64,000 nucleotides of DNA, taken from Candidatus Latescibacterota bacterium. GTDB lineage: Bacteria; Latescibacterota; UBA2968; UBA8231. The stretch covers positions 1,472,001 through 1,536,000 of the forward strand of contig OZ253462.1 in NCBI GenBank assembly GCA_965261395.1. The letters run 5' to 3'. This document shows positions 38,795-48,479 of the stretch, in pieces (within the stretch, counting starts at the first letter, position 1; every line of letters starts with the position of its first letter). The notes under the pieces were generated by a model. That model was not told where the DNA came from. It made no database searches and was given only the letters and a program-made list of their open reading frames with translations. A program made the position numbers and the translations under genes.

Positions 38795-39136
38795 ATGATG
38801 TTCAGGATTCGAAGATATCAGGTCGTCCCCGGTAAGACGCAAGCGTTCAACGACTTTTTCCTGACGAGACTGTTTCCCGTTCAGAAGAGGTACGGAGCCC
38901 GTCTCGTCGGTCGTTTTCAAACAGACGATGGGCTCCAGATCGTCGCTGTATGGGTTTACCAGAGCTTCGACCACTACAAAGAAGTGCAGAGCTTGGTCGC
39001 CGAGGATACCAACTCGATTGCGGCTCAAGAGTATCGATGACAGGTGTTAGATCCGCTCTTCACAGAGACGGATGAATCCTTCATGACTTCAACGGTACCA
39101 ATGGCATTGACGGAACTTTCTCACTTGGAAACATGA
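38795..39136 (+). pseudogene. NIPSNAP-family protein with in-frame TGA at 39038
   Basis: FRIRRYQVVPGK...YGARLVGRF; frame continues 31 codons past the TGA. Confidence 0.6.
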
Positions 39137-39161
39137 AGGCATCTCAAGATACAAAAAGAAA

Positions 39162-39716
39162 ATGGTAGTCCTAGAGCCATTCACTGAAGCAGACTTCGAT
39201 AGGTTGATTGGTTGGATACCATCCAGTGACTTTCTTTTGCAATGGGCTGGACCGGATTTTGAGTATCCGCTTGATCGTGAACAGCTAGACGAACATCTGA
39301 CTGGTACTCGGAGCGACTTGCCAAGCAAGCTGATCTACAAGGTTGTGGACAGTGAGAATGGGACAGTAATTGGGCACATTGAGCTGGCGGCGATTGATCG
39401 TCGCAACGGAAGTGCCCGTGTGTGTCGGGTGCTCGTCGGCGATCCTGCTTACAGGGGAAAGGGCATCGGAACGGTTATGATGGAGAAGATCGTTGAGGTC
39501 GGCTTTCGTCGGCTTGATCTCCATCGCATTGAGCTAGCCGTGTTCGACTTCAACACAAGCGCCATACGCTGCTACGAGAAGGTCGGGTTTGTGAAGGAAG
39601 GACACCTCAGAGAATGCCGAAAGGCCGATGATGGCTATTGGAGTTCCTATATCATGGCTATCTTGAGGCATGAATGGGAAAGCAGTAGAAACGAACTAAG
39701 GACGGAACGGGCGTGA
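39162..39716 (+). CDS. RimJ/RimL-type GNAT acetyltransferase
   Basis: YRGKGIG and VFDFNTSAIRCYEKVGFVKEG motifs. Confidence 0.9.
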   Translation: MVVLEPFTEADFDRLIGWIPSSDFLLQWAGPDFEYPLDREQLDEHLTGTRSDLPSKLIYKVVDSENGTVIGHIELAAIDRRNGSARVCRVLVGDPAYRGKGIGTVMMEKIVEVGFRRLDLHRIELAVFDFNTSAIRCYEKVGFVKEGHLRECRKADDGYWSSYIMAILRHEWESSRNELRTERA

Positions 39717-39845
39717 TGTGGATATCGGTTATATTCGATGCAGTTTGCGATGGGCAAGGATCGTGTGTAGTATCTTGATCAATGTCTCTGATAACAGCAA
39801 AGCTGGACAACAGTCTGGATTGCTTCTTGCGAAGGACGGTTCGCA

Positions 39846-41075
39846 ATGTTTAGGTCGATAGAAATACAAGACTGGCGTCAGTTTTCGTCCGTGGATATTA
39901 CGTTCCACGAAAAGCTGACAGTACTTACAGGTGCCAACGGAGCCGGCAAAACAACGATCTTGAATCTCCTCAATAGGCATTTTGGCTGGAATCTGCACCT
40001 CGTCGGCACTCCTCGTGCTGGAAAGAAGGGAGTGCTAAGATTCTTCTCAGACCTTTGGAAGTTCAAAAAACTGTCCCTTGATAGCTCGGCCCCCAGCGAG
40101 AATGTATTTGGAAAAATTGTCTATGAAGATAGTGCGGAGGCACAGCTTGCAGTTCCCCATGAAGTTTCAAGTCAATATCAAGTGGATATACATGGTCAGC
40201 AAAGTGTCTCGGGGTTATTCATCCCATCTCACCGTCCAATATATGTCTATCAGCAAGTTTCTCAGATACCGACCTCAATAAGTGCAAATGAACAACTTCT
40301 GTATGACTACTTGAGCGAGATACGAAGTCGCTACAATGCAAATGCTCGTGTTCAATCAGCAAGCTATCGAATAAAGGAAGCATTGATATCCTTAACCACG
40401 TTTGGTTACGGAAACCAAGTCGTAGCAAGAAACGAAGATGCGGTGTCGACGTTTGAAGGATTTGAGAAAATTCTCGCACGCGTACTTCCTAGCACATTGG
40501 GCTTCCGAAAGATTCTAATTCGGATGCCAGAGGTAGTCTTGGATACAAGTAGTGGAGAATTTTCTTTTGACGCGGTCTCAGGTGGTGTATCAGCGATCAT
40601 TGACTTGTCATGGCAACTTTATATGACATCAATCGTATATCCCCGTTTTGTCGCGGTCATTGATGAGCCGGAAAATCACCTACATCCAACTCTACAAAAG
40701 ACCCTTTTACCAGATTTTATTGAAGCTTTTCCTAATGTACAATTCATTATCGCAACACACAATCCTTTCATGGTTAGCTCAGTTTCCGACTCAAATGTTT
40801 ATGTTTTAGACTATAATATGGAACAACCTACACGCGTTGTTAGCACTAAACTTGATCTTGTCAACAAGGCTGCATCATCAAACGATATATTGAGAGAAGT
40901 TCTTGGGCTACCACATACTAAGCCGGTATGGGTAGAAAAAAAGATTGATGCTCTAATTGAAAAATATAGTTCACGTGAATTGACAAAGAGTGATCTTGTG
41001 GAGCTACGGAATGAAATGAAAAGCCTGCGACTGGACCATCTGTTTCCTGAAACTCTCTCGCGTATCCAGAAATAG
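39846..41075 (+). CDS. ABC/AAA_21-type ATPase, Septu PtuA-like
   Basis: GANGAGKT Walker A, VSGG signature, VIDEPENHLHP Walker B, IIATHNP; directly upstream of an HNH gene. Confidence 0.85.
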   Translation: MFRSIEIQDWRQFSSVDITFHEKLTVLTGANGAGKTTILNLLNRHFGWNLHLVGTPRAGKKGVLRFFSDLWKFKKLSLDSSAPSENVFGKIVYEDSAEAQLAVPHEVSSQYQVDIHGQQSVSGLFIPSHRPIYVYQQVSQIPTSISANEQLLYDYLSEIRSRYNANARVQSASYRIKEALISLTTFGYGNQVVARNEDAVSTFEGFEKILARVLPSTLGFRKILIRMPEVVLDTSSGEFSFDAVSGGVSAIIDLSWQLYMTSIVYPRFVAVIDEPENHLHPTLQKTLLPDFIEAFPNVQFIIATHNPFMVSSVSDSNVYVLDYNMEQPTRVVSTKLDLVNKAASSNDILREVLGLPHTKPVWVEKKIDALIEKYSSRELTKSDLVELRNEMKSLRLDHLFPETLSRIQK

Positions 41076-41082
41076 GTTCAGC

Positions 41083-41742
41083 ATGATAAAGCTAACCAAG
41101 GGAGAGAAACCAGAAGTATTAGTCAAAAATAACCAGAGTTGGAAGACAGAATACGTCACGGGTGTGAAAACTGGTAATCTAAAGGATTCTCAAAAATACC
41201 GTTACAGAGACTCAAGTATCAAAGAGGCACTTCGTGCCGAAACTCACGAGAAATGTGCTTATTGTGAGAGCAAAATTTCTCATATACATCCAGGTGAGAC
41301 AGATCATATTTTTCCTGTCTCTCGTCGTCCTGATCTATGCGTTGATTGGGACAACCTTACTTTGGTTTGCTCAGAATGCAATAGACGTAAATCGGATTAC
41401 TATAACGAAGAAGAGCCCTTGGTAAATCCGTACGTTGACGAACCGTCAGATCATTTGATTTTTTTTGGTCCTATGGTCCTGCATTGGGATGCAATGGGCT
41501 TTCGCACGAGGAAAAAAATGGGACTTTCGCGAACCCAACTCATTGAGCGAAAACAGGAGCGGATCGAGCAGTTGAATACGTTGGTTCAGCAGTGGCGTGA
41601 AACGCCGAATGGCCCGACTCGACAGTTTCTTAAGGAAGAGATTATGAAGTATGCTGCCGATGCTGCCGAGTTCGCAGGGACATTTAGGGCATTCATTCGT
41701 GGAGAAATGGGCTGGGAAGTTACTGCGGAGAGTCAGGAGTAA
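41083..41742 (+). CDS. HNH endonuclease, Septu PtuB-like
   Basis: KCAYCES, DHIFP, WDNLTLVCSECN and NPY motifs. Confidence 0.85.
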   Translation: MIKLTKGEKPEVLVKNNQSWKTEYVTGVKTGNLKDSQKYRYRDSSIKEALRAETHEKCAYCESKISHIHPGETDHIFPVSRRPDLCVDWDNLTLVCSECNRRKSDYYNEEEPLVNPYVDEPSDHLIFFGPMVLHWDAMGFRTRKKMGLSRTQLIERKQERIEQLNTLVQQWRETPNGPTRQFLKEEIMKYAADAAEFAGTFRAFIRGEMGWEVTAESQE

Positions 41743-41975
41743 TCGGCTTCGATTTCCGCTCGCTCTACCTCGTATCCTGCCGATTTCACATCTGCGATGG
41801 CTGAACGAATAGCTGCTTCGAGGGAATCGCCCTCTCGGTGAAAATCAATCGAGAAGACGCCGTTGCATACACCTGGCGTTCCATCGTTGCAACCGGCCTC
41901 AAGCAATTCGTCTGCAATTTCTTCGGTCAGTTCGTATTGTCCTTTGAGAATCAAGGCAAACTCATATTTGGCCAT
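41733..41975 (-). CDS. Small hypothetical protein, antitoxin N-terminal-like
   Basis: YEFALIL...LLEAGCND...IDFHREGDSLEAAIRSAIADV. Confidence 0.55.
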   Translation of the reverse strand: MAKYEFALILKGQYELTEEIADELLEAGCNDGTPGVCNGVFSIDFHREGDSLEAAIRSAIADVKSAGYEVERAEIEADYS

Positions 41976-42131
41976 TGGGCTTAACCCTTCCAATTTATAG
42001 CCTACAACAGGTGATGAGGGCAACGATCAACAGCTCGACGGATGTCTTTGGCATGGTCTTCGGGGTTCTTTGGTGTTAAGTATATAGCTCTCACATAGCT
42101 CGTTCAACGACTCAATGCCCAGTACAGATAT

Positions 42132-42908
42132 ATGATTAAACGCGACCGCCGCCTCCGACTGCTCTCCTACCTGACGATCGTCTTCTGGACGGTCATTTTC
42201 CTGCAGCCACCCATTCCGCAAGACCTCGCCTATCACCAGTTCGCCGATCAGCGCACCCTGTTCGGCATCCCCCACTGCCTGAACGTGATCTCCAACCTGC
42301 CCTTTCTGTTGGTGGGGTTGTGGGGATTCAGCGTCGTGTTCCGCCTCGCCACAGACCCCGAGCAGCAGGCGTTCGTGCGTCCGGCCGATTCGCTGGCGTA
42401 TCAGATTCTCTTCCTCGCGGTGGCGCTGGTCGGCCTCGGCTCTACCTACTACCATCTGGCCCCTAGCAATGAAACGCTCCTGTGGGATCGCCTGCCGATG
42501 AGCATCGCCTTCATGGCATTTCTCGCTACTGCGATCACCGAGCGCCTGGACCGGCGCGCTGGAATCATCACCTTGCTGCCGCTGATCGCCTTCGGCCTTT
42601 TCAGCGTGTTGTACTGGCACTATACCGAGCAGGCCGGAGCCGGCGATCTCCGTTATTACATCGTCGCTCAAGCCTATCCGATTCTGTTCGTGCCCCTCAT
42701 GGTTCGCCTGCTGCCGTCGCCGTACACGCGCGGGTCTGATCTCTATGTCGCCGGCCTGTTTTATCTGCTCGCGAAAGCCGCCGAGGTGTTTGACCAAGAC
42801 CTCTACGCGGCCGGAGGATTGATCAGCGGTCATACTTGCAAGCACCTGCTCGGTGCCTTGGGTGCCTATTGGGTGCTGCGGATGATCCGGCTGCGGCGGC
42901 TGAACTGA
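42132..42908 (+). CDS. Ceramidase-like (CREST-type) integral membrane protein
   Basis: NVISNLPF, GSTYYH, WDRLPM and SGHTCKH motifs; multiple TMs. Confidence 0.8.
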   Translation: MIKRDRRLRLLSYLTIVFWTVIFLQPPIPQDLAYHQFADQRTLFGIPHCLNVISNLPFLLVGLWGFSVVFRLATDPEQQAFVRPADSLAYQILFLAVALVGLGSTYYHLAPSNETLLWDRLPMSIAFMAFLATAITERLDRRAGIITLLPLIAFGLFSVLYWHYTEQAGAGDLRYYIVAQAYPILFVPLMVRLLPSPYTRGSDLYVAGLFYLLAKAAEVFDQDLYAAGGLISGHTCKHLLGALGAYWVLRMIRLRRLN

Positions 42909-42931
42909 TTGATTAGTTTGTCAGGGATACT

Positions 42932-44020
42932 ATGGAAACTATTCGCCCCATCCGCGAGTCGGAACTCGACGAACTCATCGACCTGCTCTGCGCCGTGCAC
43001 AACCCCCAAGGCCGCGAGCGCTACCAAGGCTACATCGAAGGCGATCCTACTTGGTGCCCGTCGCAGACGCCGGTCGTCGTCGTTGGAGGCCGCATCGTAT
43101 CGACGCTGCGCATCTGGGACCGCTGGGTCCACCTCGGCTCCACGCCCGTCCGCATGGGCGGCATTGGCGGCGTCACCACTCATCCCGACTACCGGCAACG
43201 CGGCCTAGCGACGCGGCTCATGGAGCATGCGGCCGAGTACCTGCGCGACGATGGCTACGATCTGGGTCTGCTGTTCACGATGATCCCGGCGCGCTTCTAC
43301 CGGCGTCTCGGCTGGTGCTGTGTGCCGCTCATGGGATTTCACGCCAAGCTGCACCGCTCTCCGCAGCCGGGGCGGTCCGCACTTGAGGTGTTGCCGTTCG
43401 ATGAGAGCCGCGACTTGGAGGAGACGGTAGCACTCTACCAACGCCACAACGCCGGTCGCAGCGGTAGCCTGTTGCGTCCGCGTCCGTACTGGGACTACAC
43501 CCCCTCCCGCGTGCGGGGCGTGCTGCCCACCGCCGTCGTCCATGGCCCGGCGGGGCTCAGCGGGTACATCAACTGGGAGAGCGACGACGACGCTCGAGTT
43601 CGTGAAGTCGCCTACGAGAGCGGCCCGGCCCTTGATTCCCTCGTGCAGTACCTGCTTGACGAGTGCGCAGCGGCTGGGGTGACGCAGATCCACGGCGAGA
43701 TCCCCCATAGCCATCCCTTTGTCGATGCCCTAGTCGCTACCGCTGACGCCGATCTGGGGCTCACGGGCGACAGCTCGATGATGGCCCTGCCCTTCGACCT
43801 CGGGGCGCTAATCGCCAAGGCCGTGCCCGAAGCGGCGGAGTTGGTCCACAGGCTGCCGGCCGATCTGATATGTCGGCTCCTGTTTGGCGAGTCCTCCGGC
43901 CGCGACATAGAACCCGTTCTCCGCGCCCGAGGGATCTCGCTGGAGGCCGGGGAAGTTCGCCGGCTCGAAGAGTGGTTCCCACGCCGCGAGGTCATATTCT
44001 GGGAGCCCGACCACTTCTGA
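42932..44020 (+). CDS. Eis-like GNAT acetyltransferase
   Basis: GGIGGVTTHPDYRQRGLA and FYRRLGW motifs; second GNAT-like half. Confidence 0.8.
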   Translation: METIRPIRESELDELIDLLCAVHNPQGRERYQGYIEGDPTWCPSQTPVVVVGGRIVSTLRIWDRWVHLGSTPVRMGGIGGVTTHPDYRQRGLATRLMEHAAEYLRDDGYDLGLLFTMIPARFYRRLGWCCVPLMGFHAKLHRSPQPGRSALEVLPFDESRDLEETVALYQRHNAGRSGSLLRPRPYWDYTPSRVRGVLPTAVVHGPAGLSGYINWESDDDARVREVAYESGPALDSLVQYLLDECAAAGVTQIHGEIPHSHPFVDALVATADADLGLTGDSSMMALPFDLGALIAKAVPEAAELVHRLPADLICRLLFGESSGRDIEPVLRARGISLEAGEVRRLEEWFPRREVIFWEPDHF

Positions 44021-46533
44021 TGCTCCCGCGCTCGACCAAGTCCTCGAAACAGACCCCGCTCCCGGTCATCCGCCGCGAGCGACCCCGACTGTTGCGGCCC
44101 CTCGACGATCCCGGTTTCCGCTTCGAGCCGCCAGACGATCCCGTGCGTCGGCGCATCCTCGCCAATCTCCTAGCCGACTGCGAGTTGTATGCCGGCCAGC
44201 GGCCGTGGTCGCGGATCCCAAGGCGACCAGATAGCCCTCATCCGTATCACCAACTCTATCTGACTTTCTACACCGCCATGCAGGCTACGGCCTTGATCGA
44301 GAACTTCGCCTTTGCTTGGCAGTTGACCGGCGACCGGCGCTGGCTCGACCGGGCTCGCGCTTGGCTGCGGGCGGCTGCTGGTTGGGACCACGACGACCGC
44401 GTGGAGGAGCACTTCTACACGGCCAACCGCTACATGCAGGCTTTTGCCTTGGCCCTTGACCTGCTGGACGGAGAGTTGCCGGCCAACGAGAAGCGTCAGG
44501 TTCGCGCCTGTCTCGTGCGGCTGTTGGAGCGCTGGTGGCCGGATGTGGACGAGCAGCGCCACTCGGAGGAAGGCGGGCACCATGCCGTCGTGGACAATGG
44601 GCACTTCGGCGTGGCCGCTCTGCACCTGCTGGGCGAGCACCCCCAGGCGGAGGCGTGGGTGCAGGCGGTCATTGATCGCTTCCGCGCCGCCATCCTGCCC
44701 CACGGCTGCGGCCCCGCTGGCGAGCCAGTGGACGGGCCTTCCTTCTGGCCTTGGGAGAACCTCTGGCTCCTGCAGTTTGCCGACGCTCTGCGCAACGTCA
44801 CTGGCATTGATCTCGGCCGCGAGGTTCCGACCCGGCTGCGACGGCCGCTGACTTGGTTCCGCGCCCATTGGGCAGCACCGCGCAAGATTCCCGACCAACT
44901 CTACTATCCCGCCAACGCCAACGTGCTCGGCACCCAACTCAACGCCTGCTCCCCCGCTCTCCTGCGGCTGGCCCAAGAGGCTGGCGACGAGATGCTGCGC
45001 GACGCCGCCCTCGCCGACCCGCGCCTAGGCCGGATCTACCGCTTCGGTGGTGGTGTCAAAGGCTCGACCGCGGAGTGCATGATCTCCTACGGGCCCTACG
45101 CCTACTGCTTTTACGATCCCGACTTCCGGGCGGCCAAGCAACATCGACCGGCTCCGCTGGCACGTCGTTTTGCGGCGCGCTCCGGCCGTTCCGCCGTGAT
45201 GCGTAGCTGTCATGGACCCGACGCGGCGATCCTTTGCGTTAGTGGGTACGACGGCGATGTGGCCCACGGCTTTATGAACTTGCACGTGCAGTGGGCGGGC
45301 AATCCCGTGCTGCGCGCGATCAGTGCCGCCGAGGCCCAGCCGGTGAGTTGCGGTAGCCTGCCCTGCGTGGGCGGTCAGAACGAGATCGTCGCCGTGCCGG
45401 GCGGTCTGGAGAGCACGCGACACTGGCAGCGGCTGCGCGTCTCTGCCCAGCGCACCGAGCACGAATACTGGCTGTTGGTTGGGGAGCACCCGGTTCTGCT
45501 TGTGGCGCTGCGGCGTCGGTCGCGCGGCCTCCGGCTCGTCGATGACGGTGGCTCCCTGTTCCGGCTGAGCGGTGGTGACGCCTTGCAGTACGAGGCCCAG
45601 CCTTGGTTTTGTTCCAACGGCGGACGCCTGCGTCTGTATTTCCGATTGCGGGAGCGCGGCGGTCCCCAAGTGTTGTTCAACACGGGGAACGGCGTCGGTG
45701 GGATTGGTGGGACGGGGGTCAACACCTTCGCCCTCGTCGCCGCATCGGCCGGTCGGCTGTGCTTCAGTGTGCAGAGCCAGAACGGTCACGAGGTGGCGGT
45801 GTGCGCGCCGGGTAGGGTGGACGCCGGAGCTTGGCACGAGGTTGAGATCGGGTGGGGTGGCTTCAACCGGCGCGCGGGTAGGCCGTGGATGGAGGTCGCT
45901 ATCGATGGCGAGGCGAAGCGTCTCGACGACCCGGCTGCCTTCGGCGAGATGGGCCGCGACTCTCAGGGACTCGCCTCGCGGCAGGAACCGCGCACCTTCT
46001 ACGTGTGGCCCCACTCCACCCTCGCCTTCGGCGGTGCTGTGCAGACGCCCGGCGTCTCCGCGGCCTGCGATTTGGCCCTCATTGACCTCCGCTGTCCGGG
46101 TCGTCGTCGGCTGACAGTGGATTCGGCTAGCGGCTGGGGACCGGAGACGGGTGGTGGTGAGCTGGCTTACAAGCTGAACCCGGTGGACCTGCGCGGCTTG
46201 GACAGAAATCGCGCTCGTCTTGGTGCTGGAGCGCGTGTGGTGGAAGTGATCGCGGCGTTTGGAAAGGATCTTCGACTGCGGACCGAGGAGGTGCCCTTCG
46301 CACCCTCCGGGCTGGCCGCTGGCAGCCTCGTCAGCTTTCTCCCGGGTGCTGCCGAGGCGTCAATGCGGCTGGTGGCGGGCACGGACGACGATGTCCTCGT
46401 CCTCGCCTTCTGCAGCCGTTCGGCAAAGGCCCGGGTCACACGGGAGGGCGACCGGTTCCGGCTGCGCGCTGGCGACCGGGAGCTTTCCTTCGACGTGCTC
46501 CGGCGGGGCGGTGCCATCCTGCGCCCCCGCTGA
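44020..46533 (+). CDS. Large hypothetical protein with polysaccharide lyase/heparinase-like alpha/alpha toroid and LamG-like beta domain
   Basis: AWQLTGDRRWLDRARAWL, GGHHAVV and GEPVDGPSFW motifs; WHEVEIGW...IDG beta-sandwich motif. Confidence 0.55.
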   Translation: MLPRSTKSSKQTPLPVIRRERPRLLRPLDDPGFRFEPPDDPVRRRILANLLADCELYAGQRPWSRIPRRPDSPHPYHQLYLTFYTAMQATALIENFAFAWQLTGDRRWLDRARAWLRAAAGWDHDDRVEEHFYTANRYMQAFALALDLLDGELPANEKRQVRACLVRLLERWWPDVDEQRHSEEGGHHAVVDNGHFGVAALHLLGEHPQAEAWVQAVIDRFRAAILPHGCGPAGEPVDGPSFWPWENLWLLQFADALRNVTGIDLGREVPTRLRRPLTWFRAHWAAPRKIPDQLYYPANANVLGTQLNACSPALLRLAQEAGDEMLRDAALADPRLGRIYRFGGGVKGSTAECMISYGPYAYCFYDPDFRAAKQHRPAPLARRFAARSGRSAVMRSCHGPDAAILCVSGYDGDVAHGFMNLHVQWAGNPVLRAISAAEAQPVSCGSLPCVGGQNEIVAVPGGLESTRHWQRLRVSAQRTEHEYWLLVGEHPVLLVALRRRSRGLRLVDDGGSLFRLSGGDALQYEAQPWFCSNGGRLRLYFRLRERGGPQVLFNTGNGVGGIGGTGVNTFALVAASAGRLCFSVQSQNGHEVAVCAPGRVDAGAWHEVEIGWGGFNRRAGRPWMEVAIDGEAKRLDDPAAFGEMGRDSQGLASRQEPRTFYVWPHSTLAFGGAVQTPGVSAACDLALIDLRCPGRRRLTVDSASGWGPETGGGELAYKLNPVDLRGLDRNRARLGAGARVVEVIAAFGKDLRLRTEEVPFAPSGLAAGSLVSFLPGAAEASMRLVAGTDDDVLVLAFCSRSAKARVTREGDRFRLRAGDRELSFDVLRRGGAILRPR

Positions 46534-46558
46534 GGTCCTCAGCGGAACTGTTATCCCG

Positions 46559-47245
46559 CTAATGCGTCAAACGCAGCATTTTCGAATCACCAGACCGAAA
46601 CTCAAAGGACAGTGGAACAAGCTCAACGTGTGTCGACACTCGCAGTGCCCGAATGGTGTCCTCCAAATGCGCGGAAGGTTCACCATCCATGTCAAGCAAT
46701 GGAAATACGCGAACCTCTCGACCTACGCGAAGCATTTCCCGCAGGAAGGAGAGGTGCATTTCTGAGTCGAATTCGGCAGAGTAAAGAAATAGTAGATGAG
46801 AACAAAGTACAAGATCGAAGGATTCCGACAGGAAAGGCAATTCCGGTAGGCCGGCAGATACGTAGTGACCACTCCGAGTCGCTGCCTGAAAATCGGCAAT
46901 GAAGGCCGTGAGGACGTCACGCCGGCGTTGGACGACATCTTCCGGGCTGCCGTAATAATCCCACTTAAACCTGTCCCGCGCCTTCCGCATTCCCGCGAGC
47001 ATCTGTGGCGCTGTGGAATCGAAGTCGGCTAGAAAATCTCTGGCAGAAAACCTATATATGGGGTCAACGGCGACAACGTATCGTCCATTTCTACTCCATT
47101 CCGCAACGAACGATGACGGTCCACCCCCGCAGTCCAATATTCGCGCAGATGGCGCGACGTCAGATAACGCGAAGAACGCCTCGTATTCGGCGGCGCTACG
47201 GCCCCACGGAGGGACGGCTCCGCCAAAATCAAAATCGCTTGACAT
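46559..47245 (-). CDS. SAM-dependent methyltransferase
   Basis: ILDCGGGPSSF, FDLVLCSHLLFLYS and EVRVFPL motifs. Confidence 0.85.
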   Translation of the reverse strand: MSSDFDFGGAVPPWGRSAAEYEAFFALSDVAPSARILDCGGGPSSFVAEWSRNGRYVVAVDPIYRFSARDFLADFDSTAPQMLAGMRKARDRFKWDYYGSPEDVVQRRRDVLTAFIADFQAATRSGHYVSAGLPELPFLSESFDLVLCSHLLFLYSAEFDSEMHLSFLREMLRVGREVRVFPLLDMDGEPSAHLEDTIRALRVSTHVELVPLSFEFRSGDSKMLRLTH

Positions 47246-47257
47246 GAGTTCTACCGG

Positions 47258-48397
47258 TCAGGAAGCGAGTCGCGGCGGCGAGTCCCCGGCGCACCTGATT
47301 GCGGCATCCGTCATGCGCAGAATCACTATTTCTACTTCGCGTATCGCCGACTCGGCTTTGATGCCATACTCTTCTTCTAAAACTCGCCGTGTCTGATCAA
47401 AAGTTTCAAACGGCAATACAAAGTCATATTTCCCTGCCAAGTGTGTTCCGTTGAAAAATATGCGCTTTGTCGATCTCTCAAGGTAATCGGTAAGCTCATC
47501 TATCGTGAGATTGGAGCCGGTAAACTGATTATTGGACGCGCCCGTGGACATGCCGCCGCCCAAGTCAGACATATCCGTCGATTGAAAGTTAGAACAGGTT
47601 AGCGTCCATCCTTCCCGTTGTTCCACAACACGACAAATCGCGATGCCAAACATATCGCACAGCACGTCTACCACTCTTTCTTTTGCCGCCTTTGCTTTCA
47701 GGGGATGGAAAGAACGCAACTCAATGTCCAACAGCTCTTCTGGCTCTTTTCCTTTAATCCGCATCCGGGAGTGGGGATGATCCAATAGCGAGCAAATCAC
47801 ATCGACCACTCGATACCCGTAAAATTCTGCCTCGAATTGCGTATCGCCACTACTCAAACTGGCCTCTCTGCGATCGGAAGCATTTCGATCGATCTTTAGG
47901 AAAAACAGGGTGTCTGGAGTGACCACCGGCACGGTTTTTGAATAGGTGGTTGGTTCGGCTACTTCGGGTACGTTGTCTGTCTGGAGAAACTCCTCTAACA
48001 ATTCTGCGGTAAAAGAAGTTGGATGACCGTGCCAACGAAGTAGACCTTGTGAGTCGATGAGAAAGGTATGAGGGATACTTCGTATGCCATAGGCATTGAA
48101 CGTTGCACCCTCTCGATCTGTGGCGATCCCGCCCTTTATCGGCCTTTTTTCTAGGAAGCGTTCTATGGTGTGGGGCTCTTCACGGGTCAACGAGACAAAA
48201 AGGGTGTCCTTACTACCATACGTGGCGACGAGTTCATTGAGATGAGGAATGGCGGCGATACACGGTCCACAATGAGTGCTCCAGAACTCAAGGATTACAT
48301 TCTTTCCAGAAAATCCATTTTCCTTTTCTGGCTTACCGCTAATCCATTCACTGACCTCGATCGTGGGGGCCGGTTGGTCAATCGCGGGATAACCCAT
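47258..48397 (-). CDS. TlpA/redoxin-family protein with C-terminal extension
   Basis: LEFWSTHCGPC, IPHTFLID and WHGHP; C-terminal half ends in a T.L.GKYDF-type motif. Confidence 0.8.
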   Translation of the reverse strand: MGYPAIDQPAPTIEVSEWISGKPEKENGFSGKNVILEFWSTHCGPCIAAIPHLNELVATYGSKDTLFVSLTREEPHTIERFLEKRPIKGGIATDREGATFNAYGIRSIPHTFLIDSQGLLRWHGHPTSFTAELLEEFLQTDNVPEVAEPTTYSKTVPVVTPDTLFFLKIDRNASDRREASLSSGDTQFEAEFYGYRVVDVICSLLDHPHSRMRIKGKEPEELLDIELRSFHPLKAKAAKERVVDVLCDMFGIAICRVVEQREGWTLTCSNFQSTDMSDLGGGMSTGASNNQFTGSNLTIDELTDYLERSTKRIFFNGTHLAGKYDFVLPFETFDQTRRVLEEEYGIKAESAIREVEIVILRMTDAAIRCAGDSPPRLAS

Positions 48398-48426
48398 TCT
48401 GAATCCTTTTCTTTTTTGCTACTTTC

Positions 48427-48464
48427 AGTTAACTGCTTATATCCGAATAATTAATTCGGATAAC
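48427..48464 (-). repeat. attC-like repeat, copy D (minus strand)
   Basis: cgttatccgaattaattattcggatataagcaGTTAACT: same hairpin + aagca + GTTRRRY layout as copies A-C, oriented with the minus-strand genes. Confidence 0.6.
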
Positions 48465-48479
48465 GAGTAGAGAAATCTG

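Noticed and set aside
39038-39040. Selenocysteine readthrough in the NIPSNAP gene
   Set aside because: No redox context or evident SECIS hairpin; a nonsense mutation such as CGA to TGA is simpler
39717-41742. Retron (Ec78-type)
   Set aside because: No reverse transcriptase (YADD) in the window and no convincing msr/msd inverted repeats
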